From Candidatus Omnitrophota bacterium (lineage in GTDB: Bacteria; Omnitrophota; Gorgyraeia; 2-02-FULL-51-18): a DNA stretch of 64,000 nucleotides. Positions 12,001 through 24,000 of this stretch are shown one piece after another. The stretch is from contig JAHFFN010000002.1 of the NCBI GenBank assembly GCA_023247915.1, forward strand, positions 1,202 to 65,201. Direction: 5' to 3'. Below the pieces are notes generated by a model, which was not told the DNA's origin, searched no databases, and was given only the letters and a program-made list of their open reading frames with translations. How positions within the stretch are numbered: the first letter of the stretch is position 1; the number at the start of each line of letters is the position of its first letter. The translations under genes and the position numbers were made by a program.

Positions 12001-15000
12001 ATGTGTTTTATCAGCAAGGGGTTGGCTATGAAAGACCAGCTTATTCCAAGTATCTAGAAATTAAGTCCGATAAAGAGGGAAACGCGGTTTTGGATGCAGA
12101 CGGTCTTCCCATCATTGTCGATAAGGGTTATCCCGTGAAGTTTTGGACTAAAGTCGCTATTTTGGGTGATCCCAATGGAAGATACTATGTTCACGAAGCG
12201 TGGGTTCGGGATCCGATGGTGAAACCCATGCTCTTCGACAAAGGCAAAGTATTCACCCTAGACCTAGGCCGTGGAAAAAAAGAAGAGATTTTAATGCTGG
12301 GTCGTATTCGCCATATACGCTTCTATTTGAATGTAAAAGGAGAATATATGGGTGAGGAAGAGATCGAAGATCCCTTGGCCAGCCCTTGGTATTATGTCGC
12401 CGGTTTTGGCATCTTAATCGTGGCTCTTCTTACTCTTTTTGGATACCACATAAGAAGAAAAGGGCAAGGTATTTTGGACGATTTCCGAAAAAAGGCTTAC
12501 GACAAACTTCCAACTACTAATGGACAGAGTCGATCTGCTTCCACCACTTCCCAAGCAGCGCGTTTATCGGTGAATCGGTATAGCCCGGAGAACGATTTCT
12601 TCCAGAACGTAACTTCCAATTTATCTCAACTTCATGGCCGTATGACGGTTCCCCCCAGTGCCGACCAAAATTATTGGGCTTTCCTAGGGGAACGTAACTT
12701 GACGAGCTTAGCTGAAACCATTTCCCGATGTGAGACGCATATCCGTGACAACGAAGCCAACACGGATCAGACCTTTACCAGCAGAACCATCAACCGGTAC
12801 GAACAGACAATGGACGCTTTGGAAAGTGTCGCGATGACGGTGCAGGTGGCTTTGTACGGCCGGCGTGACCCTAAGGCAGGTTTTGTACGCCGGATGAAAT
12901 TAGGATGGTCTCCGTATCTTTCAGTGAGCGCTTTCACGTTGGATGAGATCACTGCCGAAAAAAGACGTTCCGGTGCTGAAATGAAGTTTTTCCGTGAGTG
13001 GCTCCGTCAATCCGGGTTTAAACATGCCGCTGAAGTCGAAAAAATGATGGAAAAGGATCCTATTCTGGCGATCACACTTTTGAGTGTCGCTGAAGACGAA
13101 GCAGAGAAGCATCTCAGAACTACGGGTCGCAATGCCCGGTATTATCTGGCCTATCAGTATCTTTTTGAGCCTATTCTGGAAAACAAAGTAAAACCTGTTA
13201 AAACTATTGAGGCTTTTGCCAAAAAGCGTGAAGAGATTGCGGTATTTTACGACACCCAGTATGAGTTCTTTACGACACGGCCTTACTATTACACCAAAGA
13301 TAAAAGAATCACGTATGAAGACATTGACGATCGTTTTAAAAATGAAACAGCTATTAATAATTTTTTTAAGGTAGCTGGGGATCGTAAGGAAGGAGCCGCT
13401 TATCTTAAGCAATTAAGAGATAAGGAAAAGCGTTTATTAGATCCTGAGAAAAACCCGGAACTCAAAGAAATGAAACGTCGACAGGAGTTGTTTGAGCGGG
13501 AATCCAAGGACAAAGGCTTCTTTTATAAGTTATTCAAAGGAATCTCCCGCGATAGAGACCCGGTTTTCAAGCGTCGGGTTAAGAAATATTCCGAAGAATT
13601 AGATGCGCTACGAAAAGAAATCGCGACGGTACAGAAACAAATTGTCAAAGGATTGAAACCGACGCTTCCTGGTTTTTCCAATCGCTCTAGATTTGGATTA
13701 GCTTTCTTGGGGGGCGTCGTCGCGGCGCTTACGGTTGGTGGAATGGCGATGTTATACACCGGCACGGCGATTGCTCTTACCATCGGTGGAGTTGCCGCTC
13801 TCGCTACAGCTTTCCTGATTCTTTTGATTACGGCTGTCATGAAGAATATGCCTAAAGACCGTATCGGCCCTGGCTTTTTTGCAAATCTTTGGATGCCAAT
13901 CTCGACTTATGGGTTCTCGGTTTTGGCGATGGTGATCACACCCTTCTTTTTCCACTGGGTGACGAGTTACGTGCTTTTAATGCTTATCTCCATCTCTCTG
14001 AGCATCCTATTTTCTTTTGTCGCGAGAATGATCATGGTGTATCTCAATAAAGTAGAAGTTCAAAGAGGGGTCGGAGAAAATGAAACTCAAGCCAAAGCAG
14101 TAGAAACCCCCGCAGTTTTTTGGCGCTTTTTCCATTGGACTTTTATCTCTTCATTTTTCACCAATTTCTGGCTTGGACTGTGGAATTCTCAAGTTCTTTT
14201 AACATTTTTTAAGGTTGGTACTTTTGGTGCGATCGCTTTCCATTTTACGCCGTTGGCGTTGATGCAAATCATGGTAACAGCCGTGACTCCTTTCGCGGTG
14301 GCTTATGCGGTCATTACCTTGATGTCCTGGGAAGAGGGTAAAAAGAAGGGTGTTGGCCAGGCCGGAACAATTGAAAAAGCCGAAATGCATTTTGAGGAAG
14401 CCAGAGAACATTATCGCAGTCTCTCAAACGAAATGATTCGTTCTGATGTCCCAACGGCAGAAGAAACAGTGCGTTTAGACACTGTTTATAACGCGGTATG
14501 GAATCGGAGTCTTGATTCGATGGTGAGACTTGGTGAAATAAACCAATCTGCCGCCAAATGGTTGAAAGGATGGGCTTTGACGGGTACCGCTTGTACGCTT
14601 GGTACCCCTAGACCGGCCGATGCAAAAATCGAAGAAGAAGCTGAAGAGCGTGTCCAACGCTTTGTCGAGGGTTGGCTGATGAATTTACCTCCAGTTTTAT
14701 GGTGGGAGTATCAGATGCCGGTAGCGTTTATGGGTACGGCATTCAATGAGTCTCTGCATTGGGATCGGAATATTCTCCAATCGGTAGAGAAAGGCGGAGA
14801 AGCTACTAATCTCAATAAATTTATTGAAGAGTACAATCCGGAGTGGAATATTTTTGTGGATGAGTACTTACCCGCTCACCTTTTGGGAAATAGGGTGCTG
14901 ACGGCGGCGGATCGTGCCGCACTCAAGGGATTAAGAGGAAAAAATGGTGTTCCAGATCATTTGTTTGTCCGTGATGATTTGATGATGCTTATCGAAAAAT

Positions 15001-18000
15001 TTGTGAATGATAGAGCTTGGAATGTGGGTCGATCCATCGCGGATCTGGAAAAATGCCGTCAAGGCTGGGTGGATATCGCGAGTGTGATGTTTTATGACGC
15101 CACCCCAGCTCAGATCGATCAACTCGTTGATACGCGAGTTCAACTCTTTATGAATTATGAAGGCTATAATTTTGCCGCCAAACCGGAAGATAGAAAAAAT
15201 ATGGATCGCGTGTTAAGAGAGAATCCTCACGTCGAAGCTTGGTGGGACAACAAAGTGTATCGGGGAGGGGTCACGGATTCTTTTGTGGTGGCAACGACTG
15301 GTGGGTTAAAAGTAGAAGGCAAGCACTTGCCTGGAGGTAAGACTCCTGGTCAGGGAGGCGCTTTACCCGCTATTTGGGGCAGCCAGCTTTTTATTACGGA
15401 CGCGAATGTCTCTTATGACGCCGAAGAAGTTTTTAGAATGCCCTATGCTTTTACCGGAATCAGTGAATTTAATCTAGACAGTGTCGATTATATTTTATTC
15501 GGTGAAAAAATATTTCCGAAAAAGTTTTCATTGCCAGGATGGGGTTATGCTTCCGCGGACGAAGCTTGGACGGGTCCAGTCCAGCGCTTTTTGGGAATGA
15601 TGCTCTCCGTTTTCTTCTATGGGCACAATGCCGTGACTTACCGCGCTTTATTCCAGGGAGTTAACGGCGCTCCCCATGATTATCCCAGCGAAGACATTAT
15701 CTTTGGTTTGATGCTGTGGCTTCTTGGGTATAAAACCAGCCACGAGGAAACCGTGCGAGCTGGTAAATCCAGACCGACCTCGACCATAGGTAATAACGCT
15801 CCTTACGGAAAATATCCTGCCGGTGCGGCGGATTTGGCACGCATCCTAGGGAAGGTTTTGCGCAGTAAACAATTTTCATTGGGTCAGAAACTTCTCCTTA
15901 TTTTCACACTAGCCTTTTATTTTAGAAAAATATTGGTAGTGGGAATTCTTTACACAATTCTTAATTGGGTTGTGTATGCCGGTATCAGCGGCTATGTCGC
16001 ATTTCCTTGGCTTTTAGCGTTAGGGATTCTTGGACTTTTAGTCAGCCAAGCCATCACGACTCAAGGTTGGATGAGCTTGGTTGAAAAATACGGCCGCGCG
16101 AGAGGAACGCTCAAATACATTTATTATGCGCCGATTAATTATTATCTTTTTGTCGGTTACATCATTGTTTATGCCGTTAGTTTTATTATTGGTCTTCTGG
16201 GCTTTGCTAAATTTCCAATTACTCAAAAAATTCTCGATACCGGCTGGATAAAATTTGATGAAATTTATAAAAGAGTTGAAGCGAAGGCTTATGGCGCCAG
16301 ACTGGCGTCCAATAAATTTTCAGGGCTGGTTCGTCAATGGTTGGGACTGACACCCGACTGGCGTTATGATCTCAAGGACAAAACTCTCTATGAATCAAGG
16401 CTAATTTTGTGGTCGACAGTGGTGGGGGCGATTATTTCTACCATACTCATTATCATGCCGGATTCGCTGGCGCATGGCGTGGATTTAAAAACATGGCTAT
16501 GGGCTGTTCCTCAGTATGGTTTGCCGATGATCGCCGCTTTTTGTACTTGGGTGACTGTCCGTGTAGACCATGTACGGGAGAAAAAAGTTCTCCGTGTATT
16601 TCAAGAGCTATTTCCTGAAGATCTTTCCAAGATTTCCAGAGAAAAACTATCCATTCTTTTCAACATCTCTCTTTTGCCACCCATTTTTGGGAGCATTTTC
16701 ATCTGGAGATCGGCTGGGCTCTTGTGGTCTGCTTTTTATATGGGTGTTCCATTCGCTTCTCTCTACGCTCTCATCTATGCCCAACCTATTTTAGATTTAA
16801 AAATCATGAAGTATCGTGTGCCCAAGCTCGCGATTCTTGGATTGATCGGCGGTACGGCCGCTATTTTGACTTCAATCAGTGCCTGGGGGCTTTTAACAGC
16901 TTGGTTGATTGCGGTAGTGTATGTTGAGATTATTTACAAACCGCTAAGAAAATATGTGCTTCCTTTTGGGACTCCCGAGTTTGAGCAAAAGATGAAACAA
17001 ACACTTTTGACTGACCGGAAACTCGAAGAGGGCATGGAACCTTTTCGCCAGGTCTATGCTTTTTCAAAAGAAATTGCCGCCATGGAAACAGATTTAGGTT
17101 CGGATAATGCCAAATCCGCTGAACTGGCTTCTCTTGAAAAATCACATTTGCTTTTAAGATCTTCTGAAGAACTAGCTTCGATCGCAAGTGATCGCGGCGT
17201 CGCTTTGAATCAACTGAAGCCTAGTGATAAGTACCGGACGGCTCCCGAGGCGATCACAGCATTTTCAGAGTCTATCGATCTCAGGACGGCTTTAGCACAA
17301 AAATCGACGGCGGATCGGGAAAGAATCGTCCATCTAGTTCAAAGACATTTTGACATTGATTTAAGAAATGCGCTTAAACCTGAAGAGCTCGATGTTCTTG
17401 CGCACACCGGTTTATTTTATGATCGTGAAGGGCGTCTGAGGACAGCCTCTGAAATACTCGACGCGTTTGATCAGTTATTGAATACGATGCAAATTCTACC
17501 GAGAGCCGTGAATGAACTTGGCGAGGCGAAATCGAGCCAGGTGAAAAAATTCCTTTTAGGCGCTCTGGGAATCGATCTGGAGCATTTAAAGCCGGAAGAT
17601 ATTGGCAAAATAGTTTCCACCGGCATTTGTTATGACCCCCAGGATCCCAATCCAAGAGACCCACAACTTCTTTCCAGCCACACCATCGCGGATCGTCTGC
17701 ATCAAGCCATTAGTTTCTCCGAAGCGCTTTCCGCAAAGCCAAACCAAACTCAAATCCGCGCTTTTGTGATAGATCTTTTTGAAAGAAACGGTGAAGACGG
17801 TATTGACCTGTCTAAAGAAGATCTCAGCGCTGAAAAATCCGCGCAGCTTTTTGAAAAAGGGTTTATGACGGACAGCCTGGGCCATCTCAGAACAGCCGGC
17901 CAAATGATTGATTTTGTAGATAGTTTATCTCGATTTGATGGAGAAGTGGCCGCTCTTCCTGAAAAAGATCGCGATAAGGTAAAAGATTTTATGAAAAATG

Positions 18001-21000
18001 TGTTCAAAATAGAAATCAAGGGAGACGTCAAAAAAGATTGGCCGTTTCCGGCAATTATCGCCTACAGCCATGCCGAACTTTTCATCAATACGGATGGAAG
18101 TTTCATTCCTTCAACCGCATTTGTCAATCGCTTGAAAGGCCTCTCCATTTTGTATGACGAAATTGATTCTCATACCAACGGCAAGATGGTAATGGATCTT
18201 TTCAAGACAGGTGTGAAGCTTAATCATGGACGTTATCTATTTGATGAGCATGGACAGTTGCGTACCGTGGAAGACTTGCTGGATCAGGTCAATGAATATT
18301 TTATTAAGCAAATGCCGGTGGCTATCAAATCACATCCGGATCCGAAGCTTATTAATAATTATGCGGCAGGATTTTTTGGTGACAAGAAGGCCAAGGGACA
18401 AAGCTTAGCCGATGAAAATGTGACCTCGGCAGGTGTCAGCGCTCTCAATAGTGAAGATATTCTTTTAGATGAAGACGGACGTTTTCGCGCGCCTTCGGAA
18501 ATCGTGGATCTTTTATACGAAAAAGCAGTCGCAAAAGAATTGGCGCCTAAATTAAAGGTGGCGGTCAGCCGCCACGCGGAACGAGAAGAGTTGGTGCCTG
18601 CCTTCCAAGACGTATTGGGAATCAAGGTTAATTCAGGTATGACCGCCGACGCAGTGCTTGTTTTAGCTTCAAATCCTGATTATCAAAGTCGTTTGCAAAA
18701 TCATTTAGGCTCTGTTGTAGGACAAGTGCTTCGGAGTGATGTGCCGGCGCTCTGTTTTGCGGATCCGGAGCCGGGCATGGGTGGTGGCGCTGCTATCGGA
18801 CATGCGCTTAGCCGTTTTGACAATGAGTTGAGTTCTTTGGCGATTCGTTATCCGCATCTGGCAGGTCGAAAGCTTGAAGATTTGAATCTAGTGATCATTG
18901 ATGCTCGAGAAGAAATGCCGCATTTTTCCGGCACTCTCATCGAAGGAGCTGGGGCTCTCATGCCTTTGCCGGTGCCTCTTAAGAATGGAAATCCAGCCAG
19001 AATCATCGATCTTCAACTCCAGACAGCTTATATGTATACGCGTACGATTGAGCATCTTGGTCAAAGAGGCGGGCTTGTGGTTATGAGAGGGGATGAGTTC
19101 AAGATTTCTGAACCAAAATTAAAAGAAGGTGTGAATTATATTTCACAATCTCCTGATCCTCAAGAACCCATTAGCGCTACGATTACTTTTTCCAACCCTT
19201 CAAAATATGGGCATTTCTTAGGTGGTCTCATGGATTTGGATGCTAGATCTAATCTCAGACACACTAGTTTTTATGATTTTTGTCAAGAAAGTGGCCGCCA
19301 TGGCACACCCATTCGTTCTCTTGAAACAGCCGAAAATCGTTCTTTTGCTATTCGTTGGGATAGCAATGCTACTTGGTTTGACGGCATCCAAAAGAAACCT
19401 TGGGACAGTCGAGTCGCGATGAAAGTGCTTGGCAGAAAATCTTTAATGGCCAGCACCAGTAACAAGACAGCACTATTATCCGAAAATGTAATGCTTCTAG
19501 CTTCATTGATAGGGCGCAATAACCGCATTGGCGCTAATTCTGCTATTTGGTACTCAGCGCTCGATTCTTCATCTATTATCGGGTCTTCTTCCGTGCTTTA
19601 CCGTGTCCGCGGCAAGGTGGATATGTCTTATCAAGGTCGTGTGTTGGAAAATGTATTTTTGGGTTTTGCTCCGGTGTGGGATAGAGAATCAGGGGATGTC
19701 CGCTCGGCGGTAATTTTTTCAGGTTTAAGAGATGTATTGCCCTCTCATCAACCCGTCGCCTCTGCTGATGCTTTAATTTTTGGAAAGCCTTATTCCGATA
19801 TCATTGCTCGTGGTGGCATGCAAGTGGATCCGGCGGTATCGAGTGACGATGTAGAGATGTGGCCGATGATTGACGCAGGACAATTCCATACGGATCTCAT
19901 CAAGTGGATGGCTACCGGAGAAAGTGCTCCTCAAGCCTACCGTCAGGCCAAGAAAGTTTCTTTAAATCAAATCAGAGCCGGCCTTCCCTCGGTTGAACCT
20001 AACACCCCGAGGAACGCTCCATGGGGATCTCAGATGGGTCTTTTGTTCTGGAAGCAAGGTTTGATCGGAACCCACAAGGTCTATGCTTGGGGGCTTTATT
20101 CGCAAGCGGTCGAAAAAGACTCCAAGACACAGGCGGCTCGTTTAGCTTCTAAAGAAACACCTCAACTGATACAGGTAAGTGTGGAAGGCGGAGTTCCAAA
20201 ATTGGAAGGCAATATGATTGGCGTGGCAAGTCTTTCCCCGGATATTCGTAGCAGTATTTACGGAAGAAATTTGCATGAAGATCTGGACGGAGACCCTCGC
20301 TACGGTGAAAGATTGGATGGTAGTGTTCCTATGGAAAGAGTTTCCCTTAGTAACGTAATTTTGGAAGTGAATCTATTGGATGGCGGTCTCGGCCTTAACG
20401 TTGGTCGAAAATTATATCTTATTAAAACAAGAAAAATAACCGATAGAAACGAAGGTGCTAAAGGGACGGATCTGGGTCGGCATGTCGATGTCACAGTGAT
20501 TGATCAAGATACAAACGAAGAAATAGAAATTAAAGATGTGTTTGTCAGTTTTGCCGAAATTAAACTACTAAACGCGATCGCTCGCATGGAAGAAAATAAA
20601 TACGCGGGACTTGTTTACAACGCGTTGGTGAGCGCTGAATCAATCGGTTCTTACCAAGATCTTTTTGAAACTGACATTTATATTTTGGACAGAGTGAACC
20701 CTAGTATTCCTGCAGATCAAAAAAGAACCTATGCGCAAATTGTCAAAGAAATGAAAGCGCGTGGACTTGATTTCAAAATGGCGGATCCTGAGGTGGAAAT
20801 AGCAATCCCCACTCGAAATTTTACTACCGGTGACTTAAGTGTGGATGTCACAGGTCCCGGAGGACATGGCCGCGCCGGTTTGGATTTGGTTGTGGGACCC
20901 TATTTCGATAATTCGTTGATGGCAGATTGGAATAGAGGGCTGACCCACATAGCTCTTTTTAACAACGGGGATGGTGTAATGAATACTACCGATGACGTGA

Positions 21001-24000
21001 CTATCCGGTGGATGATAGACCAAAACATCCCCGTGGTGATGGGAACCACCGAAAAGACAGACATGGATCGCAAGGGAGGCAATTTAGGACTTCAGGTTGA
21101 TTTTGATGCCGTGAAAAGTCTTTTAGAGCAGACAGAGACTCCGCTGGATCCTCATGATCGTGCTATCTTGACAAATCTTTTGCAGACAAAAAACCTGGAA
21201 GCGCTTATTGAAATGGATAGTTTAAAAGAACAGCATGTGCGATTTAAAATTACCAATCTTGCGATTCTTCGTCAAATACTGATTCCTCAAATTGAGGAAT
21301 TGGCACAAGCCAGACTCGGCGGTCCGGATCAAATGAAAACTTTCCAAAGCTACGGACTTCCGGGAGGGCAAGGTGAGGTAAGACAGCAGGATTTTAATAC
21401 GAACAATGTGGGGGTAAATAAAACACTTTTACACCGGTATATGAAGGAACTAGTTGCGCGTGGAATCGTAACAGAAGAAGAGCTTTTCAAAATCATCAGT
21501 CCTGACATGATGGCCAAGGATCCTAAATTTGCCAATGGCAATTGGTATGGCATTCTTGAGGGCGCCATGGGATCCACTCTCTTGGCGTTTGGAAAATGGG
21601 TCGCCCAAAACCGGAAAGCTCAAGCGCTTTTGAAAGAAATGTTCGGGGTGGATCACTTGATCTACAAAAATTTCTACCGATCGAATACCAGTCACCCTAG
21701 ATTAAAAGAGCTGATGGCGCAAGGATGGAAGATTTATACCCGCGCCGATATTTTTACGCCTACCAAAGGATCGACGGATCATACGATTCAGACGGAATTG
21801 TTGGATTTCTTTAGTTTTGACACCAAACGATGGATATTAAAGGCCAATCAACCGGATCGTGATCCGCCCTTCATGGAAATTCCGGGACAGTTGTCGCCTT
21901 TCACCACAGCCGCGGATGAGTATCTTTCTGAAGTCGAGAATGTGGCCACGATTTTAAGAGGGTGCGGCATTCAATTTTTACGCCGCTTAGCCTATACCGG
22001 TGCCGGGATCGCTTGTGTGGCAGGCAGTCTTTTAGAAGGGGATGTGGAAATTTATATCACCAAAGAAACTAAGGATCCGGTGACTCCGGTTGATTTAACG
22101 GGACTGCCCTATAGAAATCAATTGCCTCAGGACGCCGATGGCCGCATTCATTTAAAAAATATTTTTGTGCGTGTGGATAAATATGGAGTCTTGACCTGGA
22201 TGCCGATTTTTGCTGAGCGTTTACAAAGAATCACAAAATCAAAATGGTTTCAGATGAACGCGAAAGATTGGCCCCAAGACATTCAAGCATTGTTTGATTC
22301 TAATAATCCCCAAGCGGTTGTCGGTTTAGCTGAGGCGATGAAAAGTAAATTTAGCGAGCTCAAAAAAACATCCACTCCTCCTACGGAAATACAAAAAGCT
22401 TACGACGAGATGGAGCATTTTCTCGCCTTGTTTGATTCGACCAGTAGCACCGGTGCGCGTCTTACAGAACCTTATTCAGATACAAAAATTATTGAAACGT
22501 TTAGGCGGCAATCAGAGGAAACAGCCGCTCTGCTTCCGGGTATTCTTACGGCTAAGAAGGCAGTGGAAGAAGCAACTAAGCTAGCAACTCCGATTTCTCC
22601 GGAAATAGTGGCTCAGGCGGCGCAAAAGACGCCCCTTCGGTATTCTTTTTATAGTGTTCCTAACAGAAGACATCCTCGAGGGATTTTTTCTCTTCAGGAA
22701 AATCCTGAGCGAGCCGGCAGAAGACCTTCTCAGTATGCGGGGGCAGGTACTTTCCAACCTTTCAACCCTAGTGGTTTCCATTATGGCAAGATTCCTCCTC
22801 ATGAACTGGTGTATGAAACCAAAGTTGAAGGTGTCCAGGCTAGCATTGTGACTAATGTGAGCCCCTTCGGCGAATCACACTTTTTGGTGGTTCCGGACAG
22901 ACAGAAAAATCTTCCTCAATATTTAGACGACCAAAGATACATCAGGCTTGCGTTGGGTATCCTCAAGAAAACCGAACGTGCCAATTTAAAATTTGGATTT
23001 AACAGCTTTGGAGGATTTGGATCCATTAATAATTTCCACTTGCAAGGTTTCTTCTATGGGGGCGATGGAGCTGACCCTGTTCAGTGGCAAAATCACGGGC
23101 GGTTACCGGTGGAAATGACAGGTCGTACACCCATCTATAACGAAAATGGAGTGGTTGTCTCAAAAGTTGCGAACTACCCCGCCAACGCACTGGCGTTTAG
23201 TTCGAAGAATATAGAGGCTCTTTCAGAGAAAATCATGCAATACATCACTATTTTAAATCAAAGTGATTTTGAGGAGGGTGGCGTTGTCAAGAAAGGTATT
23301 CCTTATAATATTTTATTCACCGACAACGAGGTGATAGTGATGCCCCGTCATTATGAATTTTCCAATGAATTTGGCGGCGGAACAGCGGTTTTAGAAATGT
23401 CCGGAGAGTTCATTATTACGGATCCGGCCATTATGGATAAGATTCAAGAAAAAAATATTTGGGATGAATTAGCAAGAACCACTATTCCTAAGGAACGGTT
23501 TGATCAAACAGTGGAGCAATGGCTTTTAGGTGTTAAAGGTAAAGGAGCAAGATTAGCCTCGAATACCTCGCGTGAGGAGATGCATCATATGCTTCAACGA
23601 GGACTCAAAAAATCAATGGAATCAATTAAAAAATCGGCGTGGGAAGAATTAGAAAAACCGGGCGCCACCCCTTCTAATGATGTGCTTATTATCACGGCTT
23701 CTACTGAAGCTCAAGCAGAACTTTATCGTAGACATGTGGAGTCCGTGCGCGGACTTTCGATTAGAAAAGACCAAGTGGTTTTGGTCATGGCAGATCCTTT
23801 AGATGAAGCTAAAAAAGGTCAACGGATTGGAAACGCGAGAGCTGTCAGCTATTCCTTGAGTGTTCTTTCGGATAGATGGTCTGATCTTCAAAGAGACAAC
23901 CCGCCTTTAAGAAATGTAGATTTTAATAAAGCCGTGATTACCATTATCCCCGCCGGCGGTCTTTCCTCCAGGTTTCCTTTGGGACTTCAGGCCGGATCAA

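Noticed and set aside
5553-13412. Larger antisense ORFs inside the giant gene (5553-6071, 172 aa; 6339-7055, 238 aa; 12921-13412, 163 aa).
   Set aside because: Their translations have no recognisable motifs and odd composition. They lie fully inside a frame that carries recognisable protein-family motifs. ORFs of this size are expected by chance opposite a 29-kb coding frame.
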